A DNA stretch of 64,000 nt from Escherichia coli (GCF_044647545.1 NZ_CP172818.1); one strand, 5' to 3'; counted from the first letter of the stretch, positions 35,717-48,748 are shown. Translations and numbers: made by a program. The notes: generated by a model not told the origin, from the letters alone.

Positions 35717-36478
35717 ATGGTTTCATCATTCACATCTGCCCCACGCAGCGGTTTTTACTATTTTGCGCAAGGCTGGAAGCTCGTCTCGCAACCTGGGATT
35801 CGGCGTTTCGTTATTTTACCGCTGCTGGTCAATATTTTGTTGATGGGGGGCGCATTCTGGTGGCTATTTACGCAGCTCGATGTCTGGATCCCGACGCTCA
35901 TGAGTTATGTTCCGGACTGGTTACAATGGCTGAGCTATCTGTTGTGGCCTCTGGCTGTCATCTCTGTGCTGTTAGTGTTTGGCTATTTCTTCTCAACGAT
36001 TGCTAACTGGATTGCCGCTCCGTTCAATGGTTTATTGGCTGAACAACTGGAAGCACGATTGACTGGCGCTACACCGCCAGATACCGGGATTTTCGGTATC
36101 ATGAAAGATGTGCCGCGAATCATGAAACGCGAATGGCAAAAATTTGCCTGGTATCTGCCGCGCGCAATTGTATTGCTAATTCTTTACTTCATCCCTGGTA
36201 TTGGGCAAACCGTCGCGCCGGTACTATGGTTCCTGTTTAGCGCCTGGATGTTAGCCATCCAGTATTGCGATTACCCCTTCGATAACCACAAAGTGCCGTT
36301 TAAAGAGATGCGCACCGCCCTGCGCACACGCAAAATCACCAATATGCAGTTTGGTGCTTTAACCAGCCTGTTTACGATGATCCCGTTGCTTAATCTGTTC
36401 ATCATGCCCGTTGCCGTTTGTGGTGCGACGGCGATGTGGGTCGATTGCTATCGCGATAAACACGCGATGTGGCGGTAA
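35717..36478 (+). CDS. cysZ: sulfate transporter CysZ
   Basis: 253 aa membrane protein; divergent from zipA, upstream of cysK. Confidence 0.9.
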
Positions 36479-36662
36479 CAATCTACCGGTTATTTTGTAA
36501 ACCGCTTGTGTGAAACAGGGGTGGCTTATGCCGCCCCTTATTCCATCTTGCATGTCATTATTTCCCTTCTGCATATAGATATGCTAAATCCTTACTTCCG
36601 CATATTCTCTGAGCGGGTATGCTACCTGTTGTATCCCAATTTCATACAGTTAAGGACAGGCC

Positions 36663-37634
36663 ATGAGTAAGATTTTTGAAGATAACTCGCTGACTATCGG
36701 TCACACGCCGCTGGTTCGCCTGAATCGCATCGGTAACGGACGCATTCTGGCGAAGGTGGAATCTCGTAACCCCAGCTTCAGCGTTAAGTGCCGTATCGGT
36801 GCCAACATGATTTGGGATGCCGAAAAGCGCGGCGTGCTGAAACCAGGCGTTGAACTGGTTGAACCAACCAGCGGTAATACCGGGATTGCACTGGCCTATG
36901 TCGCTGCCGCTCGCGGTTACAAACTTACCCTGACCATGCCAGAAACCATGAGTATTGAACGCCGCAAGCTGCTGAAAGCGTTAGGTGCAAACCTGGTGCT
37001 GACCGAAGGTGCTAAAGGCATGAAAGGCGCAATCCAAAAAGCAGAAGAAATTGTCGCCAGCAATCCAGAGAAATACCTGCTGCTGCAACAATTCAGCAAT
37101 CCGGCAAACCCTGAAATTCACGAAAAAACCACCGGTCCGGAGATCTGGGAAGATACCGACGGTCAGGTTGATGTATTTATTGCTGGCGTTGGGACTGGCG
37201 GTACGCTGACTGGCGTCAGCCGCTACATTAAAGGCACCAAAGGCAAGACCGATCTTATCTCTGTCGCCGTTGAGCCAACCGATTCTCCAGTTATCGCCCA
37301 GGCGCTGGCAGGTGAAGAGATTAAACCTGGCCCGCATAAAATTCAGGGTATTGGCGCTGGTTTTATCCCGGCTAACCTCGATCTCAAGCTGGTCGACAAA
37401 GTCATTGGCATCACCAATGAAGAAGCCATTTCTACCGCACGTCGTCTGATGGAAGAAGAAGGTATTCTTGCTGGTATCTCTTCTGGAGCAGCTGTTGCCG
37501 CGGCGTTGAAACTACAAGAAGATGAAAGCTTTACCAACAAGAATATTGTGGTTATTCTACCATCATCGGGTGAGCGTTATTTAAGCACCGCATTGTTTGC
37601 CGATCTCTTCACTGAGAAAGAACTGCAACAGTAA
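36663..37634 (+). CDS. cysK: cysteine synthase A (O-acetylserine sulfhydrylase A)
   Basis: 323 aa; PLP-lysine region [11 protein letters not shown]; TSGNTG motif. Confidence 0.96.
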   Translation: MSKIFEDNSLTIGHTPLVRLNRIGNGRILAKVESRNPSFSVKCRIGANMIWDAEKRGVLKPGVELVEPTSGNTGIALAYVAAARGYKLTLTMPETMSIERRKLLKALGANLVLTEGAKGMKGAIQKAEEIVASNPEKYLLLQQFSNPANPEIHEKTTGPEIWEDTDGQVDVFIAGVGTGGTLTGVSRYIKGTKGKTDLISVAVEPTDSPVIAQALAGEEIKPGPHKIQGIGAGFIPANLDLKLVDKVIGITNEEAISTARRLMEEEGILAGISSGAAVAAALKLQEDESFTNKNIVVILPSSGERYLSTALFADLFTEKELQQ

Positions 37635-37655
37635 TGCCAGCTTGTTAAAAATGCG

Positions 37656-37686
37656 TAAAAAAGCACCTTTTCAGGTGCTTTTTTGT
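37656..37686 (+). terminator. intrinsic terminator downstream of cysK
   Basis: Hairpin agcacc-ttttca-ggtgct (37662-37679) followed by TTTTT. Confidence 0.6.
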
Positions 37687-37754
37687 GGCCTGCTTCAAAC
37701 TTTCGCCCCTCCTGGCATTGATTCAGCCTGTCGGAACTGGTATTTAACCAGACT

Positions 37755-37780
37755 AATTATTTTGATGCGCGAAATTAATC
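37755..37780. promoter_or_regulatory. Mlc/NagC-type operator in the ptsH promoter region
   Basis: AT-rich dyad taattattttgatgcgcgaaattaatc about 240 bp upstream of ptsH, consistent with the known Mlc site at ptsH P0; not verified by search. Confidence 0.45.
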
Positions 37781-38017
37781 GTTACAGGAAAAGCCAAAGC
37801 TGAATCGATTTTATGATTTGGTTCAATTCTTCCTTTAGCGGCATAATGTTTAATGACGTACGAAACGTCAGCGGTCAACACCCGCCAGCAATGGACTGTA
37901 TTGCGCTCTTCGTGCGTCGCGTCTGTTAAAAACTGGCGCTAACAATACAGGCTAAAGTCGAACCGCCAGGCTAGACTTTAGTTCCACAACACTAAACCTA
38001 TAAGTTGGGGAAATACA

Positions 38018-38275
38018 ATGTTCCAGCAAGAAGTTACCATTACCGCTCCGAACGGTCTGCACACCCGCCCTGCTGCCCAGTTTGTAAAAGAAGCTAAGGG
38101 CTTCACTTCTGAAATTACTGTGACTTCCAACGGCAAAAGCGCCAGCGCGAAAAGCCTGTTTAAACTGCAGACTCTGGGCCTGACTCAAGGTACCGTTGTG
38201 ACTATCTCCGCAGAAGGCGAAGACGAGCAGAAAGCGGTTGAACATCTGGTTAAACTGATGGCGGAACTCGAGTAA
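38018..38275 (+). CDS. ptsH: phosphocarrier protein HPr
   Basis: 85 aa [29 protein letters not shown]..., with active-site His15. Confidence 0.97.
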
Positions 38276-38319
38276 TTTCCCGGGTTCTTTTAAAAATCAG
38301 TCACAAGTAAGGTAGGGTT

Positions 38320-40047
38320 ATGATTTCAGGCATTTTAGCATCCCCGGGTATCGCTTTCGGTAAAGCTCTGCTTCTGAAAGAAGACGAAATTGTCATTGAC
38401 CGGAAAAAAATTTCTGCCGACCAGGTTGATCAGGAAGTTGAACGTTTTCTGAGCGGTCGTGCCAAGGCATCAGCCCAGCTGGAAACGATCAAAACGAAAG
38501 CTGGTGAAACGTTCGGTGAAGAAAAAGAAGCCATCTTTGAAGGGCATATTATGCTGCTCGAAGATGAGGAGCTGGAGCAGGAAATCATAGCCCTGATTAA
38601 AGATAAGCACATGACAGCTGACGCAGCTGCTCATGAAGTTATCGAAGGTCAGGCTTCTGCCCTGGAAGAGCTGGATGATGAATACCTGAAAGAACGTGCG
38701 GCTGACGTACGTGATATCGGTAAGCGCCTGCTGCGCAACATCCTGGGCCTGAAGATTATCGACCTGAGCGCCATTCAGGATGAAGTCATTCTGGTTGCCG
38801 CTGACCTGACGCCGTCCGAAACCGCACAGCTGAACCTGAAGAAGGTGCTGGGTTTCATCACCGACGCGGGTGGCCGTACTTCCCACACCTCTATCATGGC
38901 GCGTTCTCTGGAACTGCCTGCTATCGTGGGTACCGGTAGCGTCACCTCTCAGGTGAAAAATGACGACTATCTGATTCTGGATGCCGTAAATAATCAGGTT
39001 TACGTCAATCCAACCAACGAAGTTATTGATAAAATGCGCGCTGTTCAGGAGCAAGTGGCTTCTGAAAAAGCAGAGCTTGCTAAACTGAAAGATCTGCCAG
39101 CTATTACGCTGGACGGTCACCAGGTAGAAGTGTGCGCTAACATTGGTACGGTTCGTGACGTTGAAGGTGCAGAGCGTAACGGCGCTGAAGGCGTTGGTCT
39201 GTATCGTACTGAGTTCCTGTTCATGGACCGCGACGCGCTGCCCACTGAAGAAGAACAGTTTGCTGCTTACAAAGCAGTGGCTGAAGCGTGTGGCTCGCAG
39301 GCGGTTATCGTTCGTACCATGGACATCGGCGGCGACAAAGAGCTGCCATACATGAACTTCCCGAAAGAAGAGAACCCGTTCCTCGGCTGGCGCGCTATCC
39401 GTATCGCAATGGATCGTAAAGAGATCCTGCGCGATCAGCTCCGCGCTATCCTGCGTGCCTCGGCTTTCGGTAAATTGCGCATTATGTTCCCGATGATCAT
39501 CTCTGTTGAAGAAGTGCGTGCACTGCGCAAAGAGATCGAAATCTACAAACAGGAACTGCGCGACGAAGGTAAAGCGTTTGACGAGTCAATTGAAATCGGC
39601 GTAATGGTGGAAACACCGGCTGCCGCAACAATTGCACGTCATTTAGCCAAAGAAGTTGATTTCTTTAGTATCGGCACCAATGATTTAACGCAGTACACTC
39701 TGGCAGTTGACCGTGGTAATGATATGATTTCACACCTTTACCAGCCAATGTCACCGTCCGTGCTGAACTTGATCAAGCAAGTTATTGATGCTTCTCATGC
39801 TGAAGGCAAATGGACTGGCATGTGTGGTGAGCTTGCTGGCGATGAACGTGCTACACTTCTGTTGCTGGGGATGGGTCTGGACGAATTCTCTATGAGCGCC
39901 ATTTCTATCCCGCGCATTAAGAAGATTATCCGTAACACGAACTTCGAAGATGCGAAGGTGTTAGCAGAGCAGGCTCTTGCTCAACCGACAACGGACGAGT
40001 TAATGACGCTGGTTAACAAGTTCATTGAAGAAAAAACAATCTGCTAA
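38320..40047 (+). CDS. ptsI: PTS enzyme I (PEP-protein phosphotransferase)
   Basis: 575 aa; phospho-His region [21 protein letters not shown]. Confidence 0.97.
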   Translation: MISGILASPGIAFGKALLLKEDEIVIDRKKISADQVDQEVERFLSGRAKASAQLETIKTKAGETFGEEKEAIFEGHIMLLEDEELEQEIIALIKDKHMTADAAAHEVIEGQASALEELDDEYLKERAADVRDIGKRLLRNILGLKIIDLSAIQDEVILVAADLTPSETAQLNLKKVLGFITDAGGRTSHTSIMARSLELPAIVGTGSVTSQVKNDDYLILDAVNNQVYVNPTNEVIDKMRAVQEQVASEKAELAKLKDLPAITLDGHQVEVCANIGTVRDVEGAERNGAEGVGLYRTEFLFMDRDALPTEEEQFAAYKAVAEACGSQAVIVRTMDIGGDKELPYMNFPKEENPFLGWRAIRIAMDRKEILRDQLRAILRASAFGKLRIMFPMIISVEEVRALRKEIEIYKQELRDEGKAFDESIEIGVMVETPAAATIARHLAKEVDFFSIGTNDLTQYTLAVDRGNDMISHLYQPMSPSVLNLIKQVIDASHAEGKWTGMCGELAGDERATLLLLGMGLDEFSMSAISIPRIKKIIRNTNFEDAKVLAEQALAQPTTDELMTLVNKFIEEKTIC

Positions 40048-40087
40048 TCCACGAGATGCGGCCCAATTTACTGCTTAGGAGAAGATC

Positions 40088-40597
40088 ATGGGTTTGTTCG
40101 ATAAACTGAAATCTCTGGTTTCCGACGACAAGAAGGATACCGGAACTATTGAGATCATTGCTCCGCTCTCTGGCGAGATCGTCAATATCGAAGACGTGCC
40201 GGATGTCGTTTTTGCGGAAAAAATCGTTGGTGATGGCATTGCTATCAAACCAACGGGTAACAAAATGGTCGCGCCTGTAGACGGCACCATTGGTAAAATC
40301 TTTGAAACCAACCACGCGTTCTCTATCGAATCTGATAGCGGCGTTGAATTGTTCGTCCACTTCGGTATCGACACCGTTGAACTGAAAGGCGAAGGCTTCA
40401 AGCGTATTGCTGAAGAAGGTCAGCGCGTGAAAGTTGGCGATACCGTGATTGAATTCGATCTGCCGCTGCTGGAAGAGAAAGCCAAGTCTACCCTGACTCC
40501 GGTTGTTATCTCCAACATGGACGAAATCAAAGAACTGATCAAACTGTCCGGTAGCGTAACCGTGGGTGAAACCCCGGTTATCCGCATCAAGAAGTAA
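40088..40597 (+). CDS. crr: glucose-specific PTS EIIA (EIIA-Glc)
   Basis: 169 aa [45 protein letters not shown]... Confidence 0.97.
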
Positions 40598-40610
40598 TTC
40601 TTGCCGCAGT

Positions 40611-40641
40611 GAAAAATGGCGCCCATCGGCGCCATTTTTTT
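40611..40641. terminator. bidirectional intrinsic terminator between crr and pdxK
   Basis: aaaaa-ggcgcc-catc-ggcgcc-ttttttt. Confidence 0.65.
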
Positions 40642-41491
40642 ATGCTTCAGCCAGAGGCGGCAAAATCAATTCATCGCTCTCATGCTGCTGGGTATAGCGC
40701 ATCACTTCCAGTACGCGCAACCCCGCGCGGTGCACCGCATCGGTTAACGCCTCCCCTTTCAGCAAACCACTGATAAGCTGAGCACAAAACAGGTCGCCAG
40801 TCCCTTTCAGGTCAGTTTTAACCCGTGAATGGGAAATGACATTCACGCTGTCGGCACTGACCACCACCACCTGCATCTCCTGATTTTCTTCATTACCGGA
40901 GGCGCTGGTAATCACCACCCATTTTAATGTGTCTGAAAGCAGACTTTTTGCGGCAGCAATGGCACTGTCGAGATCGCGGCAATTTTTACCGGTCAGGATT
41001 TCCAGCTCAAAGATATTGGGGGTAATTCCCTGCGCCAGCGGCAGTAAATATTGTCGATACGCTTCGGGAAGGTCAGGTTTGACATAAATTCCGCTATCAA
41101 TATCGCCGATCACCGGATCGACCATAATCAATAAGTCAGGATGGTCTTTGCGTAGCGCAGTCAGCCACTCGGCAAGGATTTTGATTTGCGATGCCGTTCC
41201 CATATAGCCCGTGGTTACAGCACGAAGTTGGCGCAGCGCATCACGCTCCTGAAGCGCACGCAAATAACCGCTAAACCATTCATCCGGAATCGCACCACCG
41301 TAGAAAGTGTCATAATGCGGCGTATTGCTCAGCAATACCGTCGGCACGGCAAAGACATTCAGGCCGTTCTGTTTGATAGCAGGCACCGCAATGCTGTTGC
41401 CCACGCTGCCGTACACTACCTGCGACTGCACGGCGACGATATCCGCCTGCAGTGCCCTGCTCTTATCGTTAAACAACAACAAACTACTCAT
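40640..41491 (-). CDS. pdxK: pyridoxal/pyridoxine/pyridoxamine kinase
   Basis: 283 aa, ribokinase-superfamily PdxK. Confidence 0.9.
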   Translation of the reverse strand: MSSLLLFNDKSRALQADIVAVQSQVVYGSVGNSIAVPAIKQNGLNVFAVPTVLLSNTPHYDTFYGGAIPDEWFSGYLRALQERDALRQLRAVTTGYMGTASQIKILAEWLTALRKDHPDLLIMVDPVIGDIDSGIYVKPDLPEAYRQYLLPLAQGITPNIFELEILTGKNCRDLDSAIAAAKSLLSDTLKWVVITSASGNEENQEMQVVVVSADSVNVISHSRVKTDLKGTGDLFCAQLISGLLKGEALTDAVHRAGLRVLEVMRYTQQHESDELILPPLAEA

Positions 41492-41532
41492 TTAATTTTT
41501 TCTCCTTGCCGATGATCCTCATCGTATTCCAG

Positions 41533-41955
<423 letters not shown>

Positions 41956-41957
41956 TC

Positions 41958-42869
41958 TTAAATCCCCGCCCCCTGGCTAAAATGCTCTTCCCCAAACACC
42001 CCGGTAGAAAGGTAGCGATCGCCACGATCGCAGATGATCGCCACCACCACCGCGCCAGGGTTAGCTTTTGCCACTCGCAGTGCACCAGCAACCGCGCCGC
42101 CGGAGCTAACGCCACAGAATATTCCTTCCCGCACTGCCAGTTCGCGCATGGTGTTTTCCGCTTCTCGCTGATGAATATCCAGCACCTCATCCACCAGCGA
42201 AGCGTTGAAAATCCCCGGCAGATATTCCGCAGGCCAGCGGCGAATGCCGGGAATGCTGCTGCCCTCTTCCGGCTGTAAGCCGACAATGGTCACCGGTTTG
42301 AATTGTTCGCGCATAAAGCGCGACACGCCGGTAATGGTGCCGGTTGTTCCCATGCTGGAGACAAAATGGGTAATGCGCCCGCCGGTTTGCTGCCAGATTT
42401 CCGGCCCGGTGGTGGTGTAATGGGCGTAAGGGTTATCGGGATTATTGAACTGATCGAGCAGCTTTCCTTCACCACGATTAGCCATCTCCAGCGCCAGATC
42501 GCGCGCACCTTCCATGCCCTGCTCTTTGGTGACCAGAATCAGTTCCGCACCGTAGGCACGCATTGCCGCACGGCGTTCCTGGCTCATGTTGTCGGGCATC
42601 AGCAATTTCATGCGATAGCCTTTAAGCGCGGCAATCATCGCCAGCGCAATGCCGGTGTTACCACTGGTGGCTTCGATCAACACATCACCCGGTTTAATCT
42701 CGCCGCGCTTTTCCGCCTCGACAATCATCGAAAGCGCTGCACGGTCTTTTACCGATCCCGCCGGGTTATTACCTTCCAGTTTCAACCAGACTTCACTGCC
42801 GTTATTCGGCCCCATTCGCTGCAACTTCACCAGAGGCGTATTGCCAATTGTTTGTTCTAATGTACTCAC
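41958..42869 (-). CDS. cysM: cysteine synthase B (O-acetylserine sulfhydrylase B)
   Basis: GTG start at 42867-42869 gives 303 aa (M)STLEQTIGNTPLVKLQRMGP...; the ORF-track frame extends 26 codons further upstream. Confidence 0.92.
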   Translation of the reverse strand: MSTLEQTIGNTPLVKLQRMGPNNGSEVWLKLEGNNPAGSVKDRAALSMIVEAEKRGEIKPGDVLIEATSGNTGIALAMIAALKGYRMKLLMPDNMSQERRAAMRAYGAELILVTKEQGMEGARDLALEMANRGEGKLLDQFNNPDNPYAHYTTTGPEIWQQTGGRITHFVSSMGTTGTITGVSRFMREQFKPVTIVGLQPEEGSSIPGIRRWPAEYLPGIFNASLVDEVLDIHQREAENTMRELAVREGIFCGVSSGGAVAGALRVAKANPGAVVVAIICDRGDRYLSTGVFGEEHFSQGAGI

Positions 42870-42892
42870 GATCTCTGTCCATACGTGGTGTT

Positions 42893-42928
42893 GCCTGATG
42901 CGACGCTTGCGCGTCTTATCAGGCCTAC
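42893..42928. repeat. REP element between cysA and cysM
   Basis: gcctgatgcgacgcttgcgcgtcttatcaggcctac, near-identical to the REP copy at 17109-17144. Confidence 0.65.
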
Positions 42929-42945
42929 AGGTTACAAACCTTGCC

Positions 42946-42981
42946 ATTAAAAAGCCCGGATCGCGGGAAGCGCCTCCGGGC
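42946..42981 (-). terminator. putative intrinsic terminator just 3' of cysA, upstream of cysM
   Basis: Minus-strand hairpin gcccgga(gg)cgcttcccgcga-tccgggc (42954-42981) followed by TTTTTAATGG (complement of 42944-42953). Confidence 0.5.
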
Positions 42982-43002
42982 GTTTAACATTCACTCAACC
43001 TA

Positions 43003-44100
43003 TCAGGCGCTTTGTGCGAGAGCAAGTTCCTCATCGCGGGTTTCAATACGCTCGTCGCCGTTATACAGCCGCGCATGTTGCAGGCCGACGAACAGACGAT
43101 CGCCGCGCACTGGCGCATCATCCCCGCGCATCACCACCGTCAAGGGTTCGTCATACCATCCCAGCGGCTGCACCACTAATTGGGTGTAGTGACCTTTCGG
43201 GCTGGCTTCCAGTACCTGTACGGGTAGCGGCGAATCGAGGCTGGTACGGCGGCTGATATCCACTTCCCACGGACGCAGGAAGAGATCCACCGGCCCCTGA
43301 TACGCAGGTGTATAGCCCAGCGGCCAGCGATGTGCGCCAACATGGAACTGCCCGCCGCGAATGGTTCCCTGCAGGCGGTTCACTTCGCCCATAAATTCGA
43401 GTACAAAACGGGTCGCTGGTTCGCGCCATACCTGGTCCGGTGCATCAGCCTGCTCGATATTGCCCTGGCTCATCACCACTACACGATCGGCTACTTCGGT
43501 CGCTTCTTCCTGGTCATGGGTCACAAACACGCTGGTGAATTTCAGCTCTTCATGTAACTGACGCAGCCGGCGACGCAACTCTTTACGCACCTGCGCATCC
43601 AGCGCGCCAAACGGTTCATCAAGCAGCAGAATTTGCGGTTCTACGGCAAGCGCGCGCGCCAGCGCCACACGCTGTTTCTGGCCGCCGGAAAGCTGCGCAG
43701 GATAGCGGTCTGCCAGATGGGCAAGCTGCACCATCTCCAGCAATTTTGTCACTTTCGCTTTGATAGCTGCGGCATTCGGGCGCTCGCGACGCGGCAGCAC
43801 CGTCAGGCCGAAAGCGATATTGTCGAACACCGTCATATGGCGGAACAGCGCGTAATGCTGAAACACGAAACCGACTTTACGATCGCGCGCATGCAGGCGG
43901 CTAACGTCGGTGCCGTGGAAGCGAATATGCCCGCTGGTTTGATGCTCCAGCCCGGCGATAATGCGCAGCAGCGTGGTTTTCCCGGAACCGGACGGCCCCA
44001 GCAATGCGACCATCTGACCAGAAGGAATATCCAGTGAGATATCGTTCAGCACCTGGGTGCGACCAAAAGACTTCTTAATATTGGCAATCTCAATGCTCAT
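43003..44100 (-). CDS. cysA: sulfate/thiosulfate ABC transporter ATP-binding subunit
   Basis: 365 aa; Walker [10 protein letters not shown]; ABC signature LSGGQKQR; Walker B LLLDEP. Confidence 0.95.
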   Translation of the reverse strand: MSIEIANIKKSFGRTQVLNDISLDIPSGQMVALLGPSGSGKTTLLRIIAGLEHQTSGHIRFHGTDVSRLHARDRKVGFVFQHYALFRHMTVFDNIAFGLTVLPRRERPNAAAIKAKVTKLLEMVQLAHLADRYPAQLSGGQKQRVALARALAVEPQILLLDEPFGALDAQVRKELRRRLRQLHEELKFTSVFVTHDQEEATEVADRVVVMSQGNIEQADAPDQVWREPATRFVLEFMGEVNRLQGTIRGGQFHVGAHRWPLGYTPAYQGPVDLFLRPWEVDISRRTSLDSPLPVQVLEASPKGHYTQLVVQPLGWYDEPLTVVMRGDDAPVRGDRLFVGLQHARLYNGDERIETRDEELALAQSA

Positions 44101-44965
44101 GATGTTCCTCCTGCTGCGCGCGTTTTTCCTGATTCTCCAGACGCCACTGCAACATACTCTTTAAAAACAGGGTGATAATCGCCATCAGCGTCAACAACGC
44201 GGCAGCGGTAAAGGAGCCGACGGTGTTGTAGTCCTGCTCCAGCAATTCAATCTGTAACGGCAGCGAAAGTGTTTCGCCGCGAATCGAGCCGGAAACTACC
44301 GACACCGCACCAAACTCGCCAATCGCGCGGGCGTTGGTCAGCACCACGCCATAAAGCAGCGCCCAGCGGATGTTCGGCAGCGTGACGCGACGGAACATCT
44401 GCCAGCCGGACGCGCCAAGCAAAATCGCCGCCTCGTCTTCCTGGCTGCCCTGACTTAACATTACCGGTACCAGTTCGCGCACCACAAACGGACACGTCAC
44501 GAAGATGGTGACCAGTACCATACCCGGCCAGGAGAACATAATTTGCAGATTATGTTCATCCAGCCAGCCACCGAGCGGGCCGTTAGAGCCGTAAAACAGC
44601 AGATACACCAGACCGGCAACCACCGGCGACACGGCAAACGGAATGTCCAGCAGCGTCAGCAGCAACTGGCGTCCGGGGAAGTTAAAGCGCGTCACCAGCC
44701 AGGCCAGCAGAATGCCGAACACCAGGTTCACCGGCACGGCAATCAGCGCAATCATCACCGTCAGCCAGATGGCGTGCAGCATGTCCGGATCGGCCAGATT
44801 CTGTAAAACCGGCATCAGCCCTTTGCTGAACGCCTGCACGAAGATGTAAATCATCGGCACCAGCAGGATGAACGCCGAAACCAGCATCCCGATGCCAATC
44901 AGAAACCATTTGTCCCAGTTAATCGGGCGCGCGTCATAACGCTTCAATTGTGTCACTTCCGCCAT
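44090..44965 (-). CDS. cysW: sulfate/thiosulfate ABC transporter permease
   Basis: 291 aa permease; start overlaps the cysA end. Confidence 0.93.
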   Translation of the reverse strand: MAEVTQLKRYDARPINWDKWFLIGIGMLVSAFILLVPMIYIFVQAFSKGLMPVLQNLADPDMLHAIWLTVMIALIAVPVNLVFGILLAWLVTRFNFPGRQLLLTLLDIPFAVSPVVAGLVYLLFYGSNGPLGGWLDEHNLQIMFSWPGMVLVTIFVTCPFVVRELVPVMLSQGSQEDEAAILLGASGWQMFRRVTLPNIRWALLYGVVLTNARAIGEFGAVSVVSGSIRGETLSLPLQIELLEQDYNTVGSFTAAALLTLMAIITLFLKSMLQWRLENQEKRAQQEEHHEH

Positions 44966-45798
44966 TAATGACCTACCACACGCCGACCAAAGCGACTTTG
45001 CAGAGTGTTAATTGAGAACAGCAGCAACAGGGATGCCGCGAGGATCACCGAAGCAATCGCGCTCGCCGCCGGGTAATCAAACTCCTGTAAGCGAACAAAA
45101 ATCATCAGCGACGTCACTTCCGTCTTCCAGGCAATGTTCCCGGCGATGAAAATCACCGCGCCAAATTCACCAAGACTACGGGTAAACGACAGCGCCACGC
45201 CCGCCACCAGCGCCGGAGAAAGCTCCGGCAGCACCACTTTGCAGAAACTCTGCCAGCGCGTTGCGCCGAGCGTTTCTGCCGCTTCTTCATATTCCGGGCC
45301 TAACTCTTCCAGCACCGGCTGCACGGTACGCACCACAAACGGAATACTGGTAAAAGCCATCGCCACCGCAATCCCCAGCCAGGTATAGGTAACTTTGATA
45401 TCAAACTTCGCCAGCCATTCACCGTAAAAACCGTTTACAGAAAAGAGCGAGGCCAGCGTTAAACCGGCCACTGCCGTTGGCAGCGCAAAGGGTAAATCCA
45501 TCAGCGCATCGATCAGCGTGCGGCCCGGAAAGCGATAGCGGGTTAAGATCCACGCCATCAGCAGGCCGAAAACGCCGTTAAAAATCGATGCCACAAACGC
45601 CGACAGCAGCGTCACTTTGTAGGCCGCGACCACCTGCGGGTTGGTGATCACCTCCCAGTACTGTGCCCAGCTCATCTCAGAGAGCTGCATCACCAGCGCT
45701 GAGAGCGGCAGCAGCAAAATCAGGCACACAAACAGCAGACTGGTGCCGAGGCTTAAGGTAAAGCCCGGCAGCACGCGTCTTGATGAAACTGCAAACAT
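44965..45798 (-). CDS. cysU: sulfate/thiosulfate ABC transporter permease
   Basis: 277 aa permease; 1-nt overlaps with both neighbours (translational coupling). Confidence 0.93.
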   Translation of the reverse strand: MFAVSSRRVLPGFTLSLGTSLLFVCLILLLPLSALVMQLSEMSWAQYWEVITNPQVVAAYKVTLLSAFVASIFNGVFGLLMAWILTRYRFPGRTLIDALMDLPFALPTAVAGLTLASLFSVNGFYGEWLAKFDIKVTYTWLGIAVAMAFTSIPFVVRTVQPVLEELGPEYEEAAETLGATRWQSFCKVVLPELSPALVAGVALSFTRSLGEFGAVIFIAGNIAWKTEVTSLMIFVRLQEFDYPAASAIASVILAASLLLLFSINTLQSRFGRRVVGH

Positions 45799-46814
45799 TA
45801 ATTACGCCCCGCCGCTAACAGCTTGTCTAACTCGCCGCCGCTGGTGAAGTGGGTTTTCATCACTTCCGGCCAGGAGCCAAATTTGTCTTCCACGCGGAAC
45901 AGCTCGGTCTGCGGGAATTTGTTTTTCAGTTTGTCCATGACTTCCGGGTTATTTACGCGGTAGTAATAGTCGGTGATGATGGTCTGCGCCTGCGGGCTGT
46001 AGAGCCAGTTCAGGTAGGCTTTTGCTGCTTTTTCCGTACCGTTGGCCTGCACGTTTTTATCGACCCACGCCACCGGGAATTCCGCAAGAATGTTAGTTTT
46101 CGGAATAACTACTTCGAAGCCCTGCGCTTCATACTGTTTACGGATGTTGTTCACTTCCGATTCGAAGCTAATCAGTACATCGCCCAGCCCACGTTCGGCA
46201 AAAGTGGTGGTCGCGCCACGACCGCCAGTATCGAACACTTCAACGTTTTTCAGGAACTGAGTCATAAACTGTTCAGTTTTGGCTTTGTCGCCACCGTCGG
46301 CTTTGTCCGCTGCGCCCCATGCCGCAAGGTAGGTGTAACGCGCGTTACCTGACGTTTTCGGGTTCGGGAAAATCAGCTTCACGTCGGAGCGCACGAGGTC
46401 GTTCCAGTCGTGAATATTCTTCGGGTTGCCCTTACGCACCAGGAAGCCCATGGTGGAGTAGAACGGCGAGCTATTATTCGGCAGGCGCGACTGCCAGTCG
46501 GCCGGGATAAGCTTGCCTTTGTCATGCAGGATTTGTACGTCGGTCACCTGGTTATAAGTGACAACGTCTGCTTTTAAGCCCTGCAAAATCGCCAGCGCCT
46601 GTTTTGATGACCCGGCATGAGATTGTTTTATCGTCAGTTTGTCGCCGCCGTTATCTTTTGCCCATTGTTGCTCAAACGGCGGATTCAGGGCGGCAAACAG
46701 CTCGCGGGAGACATCATAAGAACTGTTCAGCAGTTCCGTTGCCTGTACATGGCCCGCCAGCAGCAGAGAAGCGACCAGCGCGAGTGAGTTCTTTTTCAGT
46801 AAGTTAACGGCCAT
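45798..46814 (-). CDS. cysP: thiosulfate-binding periplasmic protein
   Basis: 338 aa; signal peptide [25 protein letters not shown]. Confidence 0.93.
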   Translation of the reverse strand: MAVNLLKKNSLALVASLLLAGHVQATELLNSSYDVSRELFAALNPPFEQQWAKDNGGDKLTIKQSHAGSSKQALAILQGLKADVVTYNQVTDVQILHDKGKLIPADWQSRLPNNSSPFYSTMGFLVRKGNPKNIHDWNDLVRSDVKLIFPNPKTSGNARYTYLAAWGAADKADGGDKAKTEQFMTQFLKNVEVFDTGGRGATTTFAERGLGDVLISFESEVNNIRKQYEAQGFEVVIPKTNILAEFPVAWVDKNVQANGTEKAAKAYLNWLYSPQAQTIITDYYYRVNNPEVMDKLKNKFPQTELFRVEDKFGSWPEVMKTHFTSGGELDKLLAAGRN

Positions 46815-46970
46815 TGCGCACCCTTATAAATTTAACGACTTTCTAATAGCCATCATATTTATAACGGACGTGAAAGGAGTAACGGTTTTATATACCGTTT
46901 GGTGATTTGGAAGTTGAAAAGGGAAAAGACGAAATCCTCCCCACAAATGCAGGGAGGAAACAGAGGTGAA

Positions 46971-47762
46971 TCAGATGCCGACGCTAACCGTCTCCGGTAG
47001 TGTGCTGCCGCCATCAATCACATTCTGTGTACCGGTTAAATAGCTGGATTCATCCGATGCGAGGAAGGCCGCCAGTTCGCCGACTTCCAGCGGATCGGCG
47101 AGGCGACGCATCGGGATTGCTTTCGCCATTTCAGTCAGCACCGATTCTGGATCTTCCGGGTTCGACTGGCGGGCAATGCTTTCCGCCATTGGCGTGCGAA
47201 CGTATCCAGGGCAGATGGCGTTAACGCGAATACCAGACTGCGCGTACTCCACCGCCAGCGATTTAGTCAGGCCAACAATCGCCGCTTTCGTTAAGGCGTA
47301 CGCCGTTTCGCCCGGGTCTGCCACCATATCGCCAGTGACTGAAGACATCATCACAATGCGGCCATCTTTGCGGGCAATCATCTCCGGCAGCACCGCCTTC
47401 GTGACGTTCCATACGCCTTTTATATTGATATCAATATGGAAATCGCGATCTTCATCGCTCATATCGAGGAAACTGCCCAGACGACAAACGCCTGCGTTAT
47501 TCACCAGAATATCAATGCGCCCTTCTTTTTCCTTAGCGCGCTTAATAGCTGCGGCTACCGACGCCGGGTCACGCACATCGGCGACAACCGCCGTACAGCG
47601 ATGACCACGGCCACACAGTTCGTCCGCCAGCTTTTCGATCTCAGGGGAGATATCCAGCAAGATTAGGTTTGCGCCATGACGCGCAAAAGTTCTGGCAATT
47701 CCTTCGCCAATTCCCTGCAATGCGCCCGTAATCAGTGCTGTCTTGCCCGTGAGTTTACCCAT
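46971..47762 (-). CDS. ucpA: short-chain dehydrogenase/reductase (SDR)
   Basis: Reverse-strand ATG at 47760-47762 with AGGAG upstream gives 263 aa MGKLTGKTALITGALQGIGEG (Rossmann TGxxxGxG). Confidence 0.88.
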   Translation of the reverse strand: MGKLTGKTALITGALQGIGEGIARTFARHGANLILLDISPEIEKLADELCGRGHRCTAVVADVRDPASVAAAIKRAKEKEGRIDILVNNAGVCRLGSFLDMSDEDRDFHIDINIKGVWNVTKAVLPEMIARKDGRIVMMSSVTGDMVADPGETAYALTKAAIVGLTKSLAVEYAQSGIRVNAICPGYVRTPMAESIARQSNPEDPESVLTEMAKAIPMRRLADPLEVGELAAFLASDESSYLTGTQNVIDGGSTLPETVSVGI

Positions 47763-47890
47763 TTTAATGCTCTCCTTGTTAATACAGAGCGTTACACTCC
47801 ATTCCCTCTGAAAATACAGGATAAACAAAATATTGCTGCGGATCAGCTCACTAATTCAGGAAAATCTCAATCCAGTCGCTGCTTTATGCA

Positions 47891-48748
47891 TCATTTCAGG
47901 CGTTGCGTTAGCTCACTGCTGCGCTCAATCATTTTCAATGACTCCACATCATTGAGTTGCACAAGGCCAACAAACAGTAAATCGGTAACAGAATTTTGCG
48001 CCGTGCGGGTGGACATCGACGAGCTGCGCCATTCGGTTTCGCCAGAAACGGTATCGAGGGTGTAATGCGCCAGCCGCCGCAGCGGGGAATCGGTTAATGA
48101 GGTAATGGCAATCACCGTCGCCCCCTGCTTTCGCGCTGCCTCGGCGCACAAGACAATCTCTTTTTTACTGCCACTGTAAGAGATAGCGATTTGTACATCG
48201 CCTTTTTTTAGCGCCTGAGAAACGGTGGCTTGTACGTGGGTGTCGGCCTCACAGGCCACGCGATAACCAATTTTCATCAGTTTGAACGACAGATCGCGCC
48301 CCACCAGCGCCGACCCGCCCAGGCCCGTTATCTGGATAAACGGTGCTTTACTGATGACCTCAATGATTTTTTGCAGCCGCGCGTAGTCAAACAACGCGCA
48401 GGTTTGCTCCAGCGCCTGCTCTTTTTCGCGATTCAGTTTACGGGCAATCACTTCCAGCGAATCATCACTGGTAATCGAACTGTGCAGGTGCAGCGCCGTG
48501 GCATTCGTTTTCTCCCGGCTGGCACTGTATTCGCCAATTAACGCCATACGCAATTCAGTAAATCCTTGCGCGCCGAGCTTCTGGGCAAACTTCACAATAC
48601 TCGACTGGCTGATGCCGAGCTGTTTCGCCATCTTGCGCGAAGAGACGGATTTCAGCTCACTCACGTTGGCCCGCAGAAAGTCAGCAATTTTTTGCTCGTT
48701 CCCGGTAAATTCACTTTCCGCATTGCGTATTTTCGTCAGGTACAACAT
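47891..48748 (-). CDS. murR: RpiR-family repressor of MurNAc catabolism
   Basis: Reverse-strand ATG at 48746-48748 gives 285 aa [25 protein letters not shown]; N-terminal HTH, C-terminal SIS domain. Confidence 0.88.
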
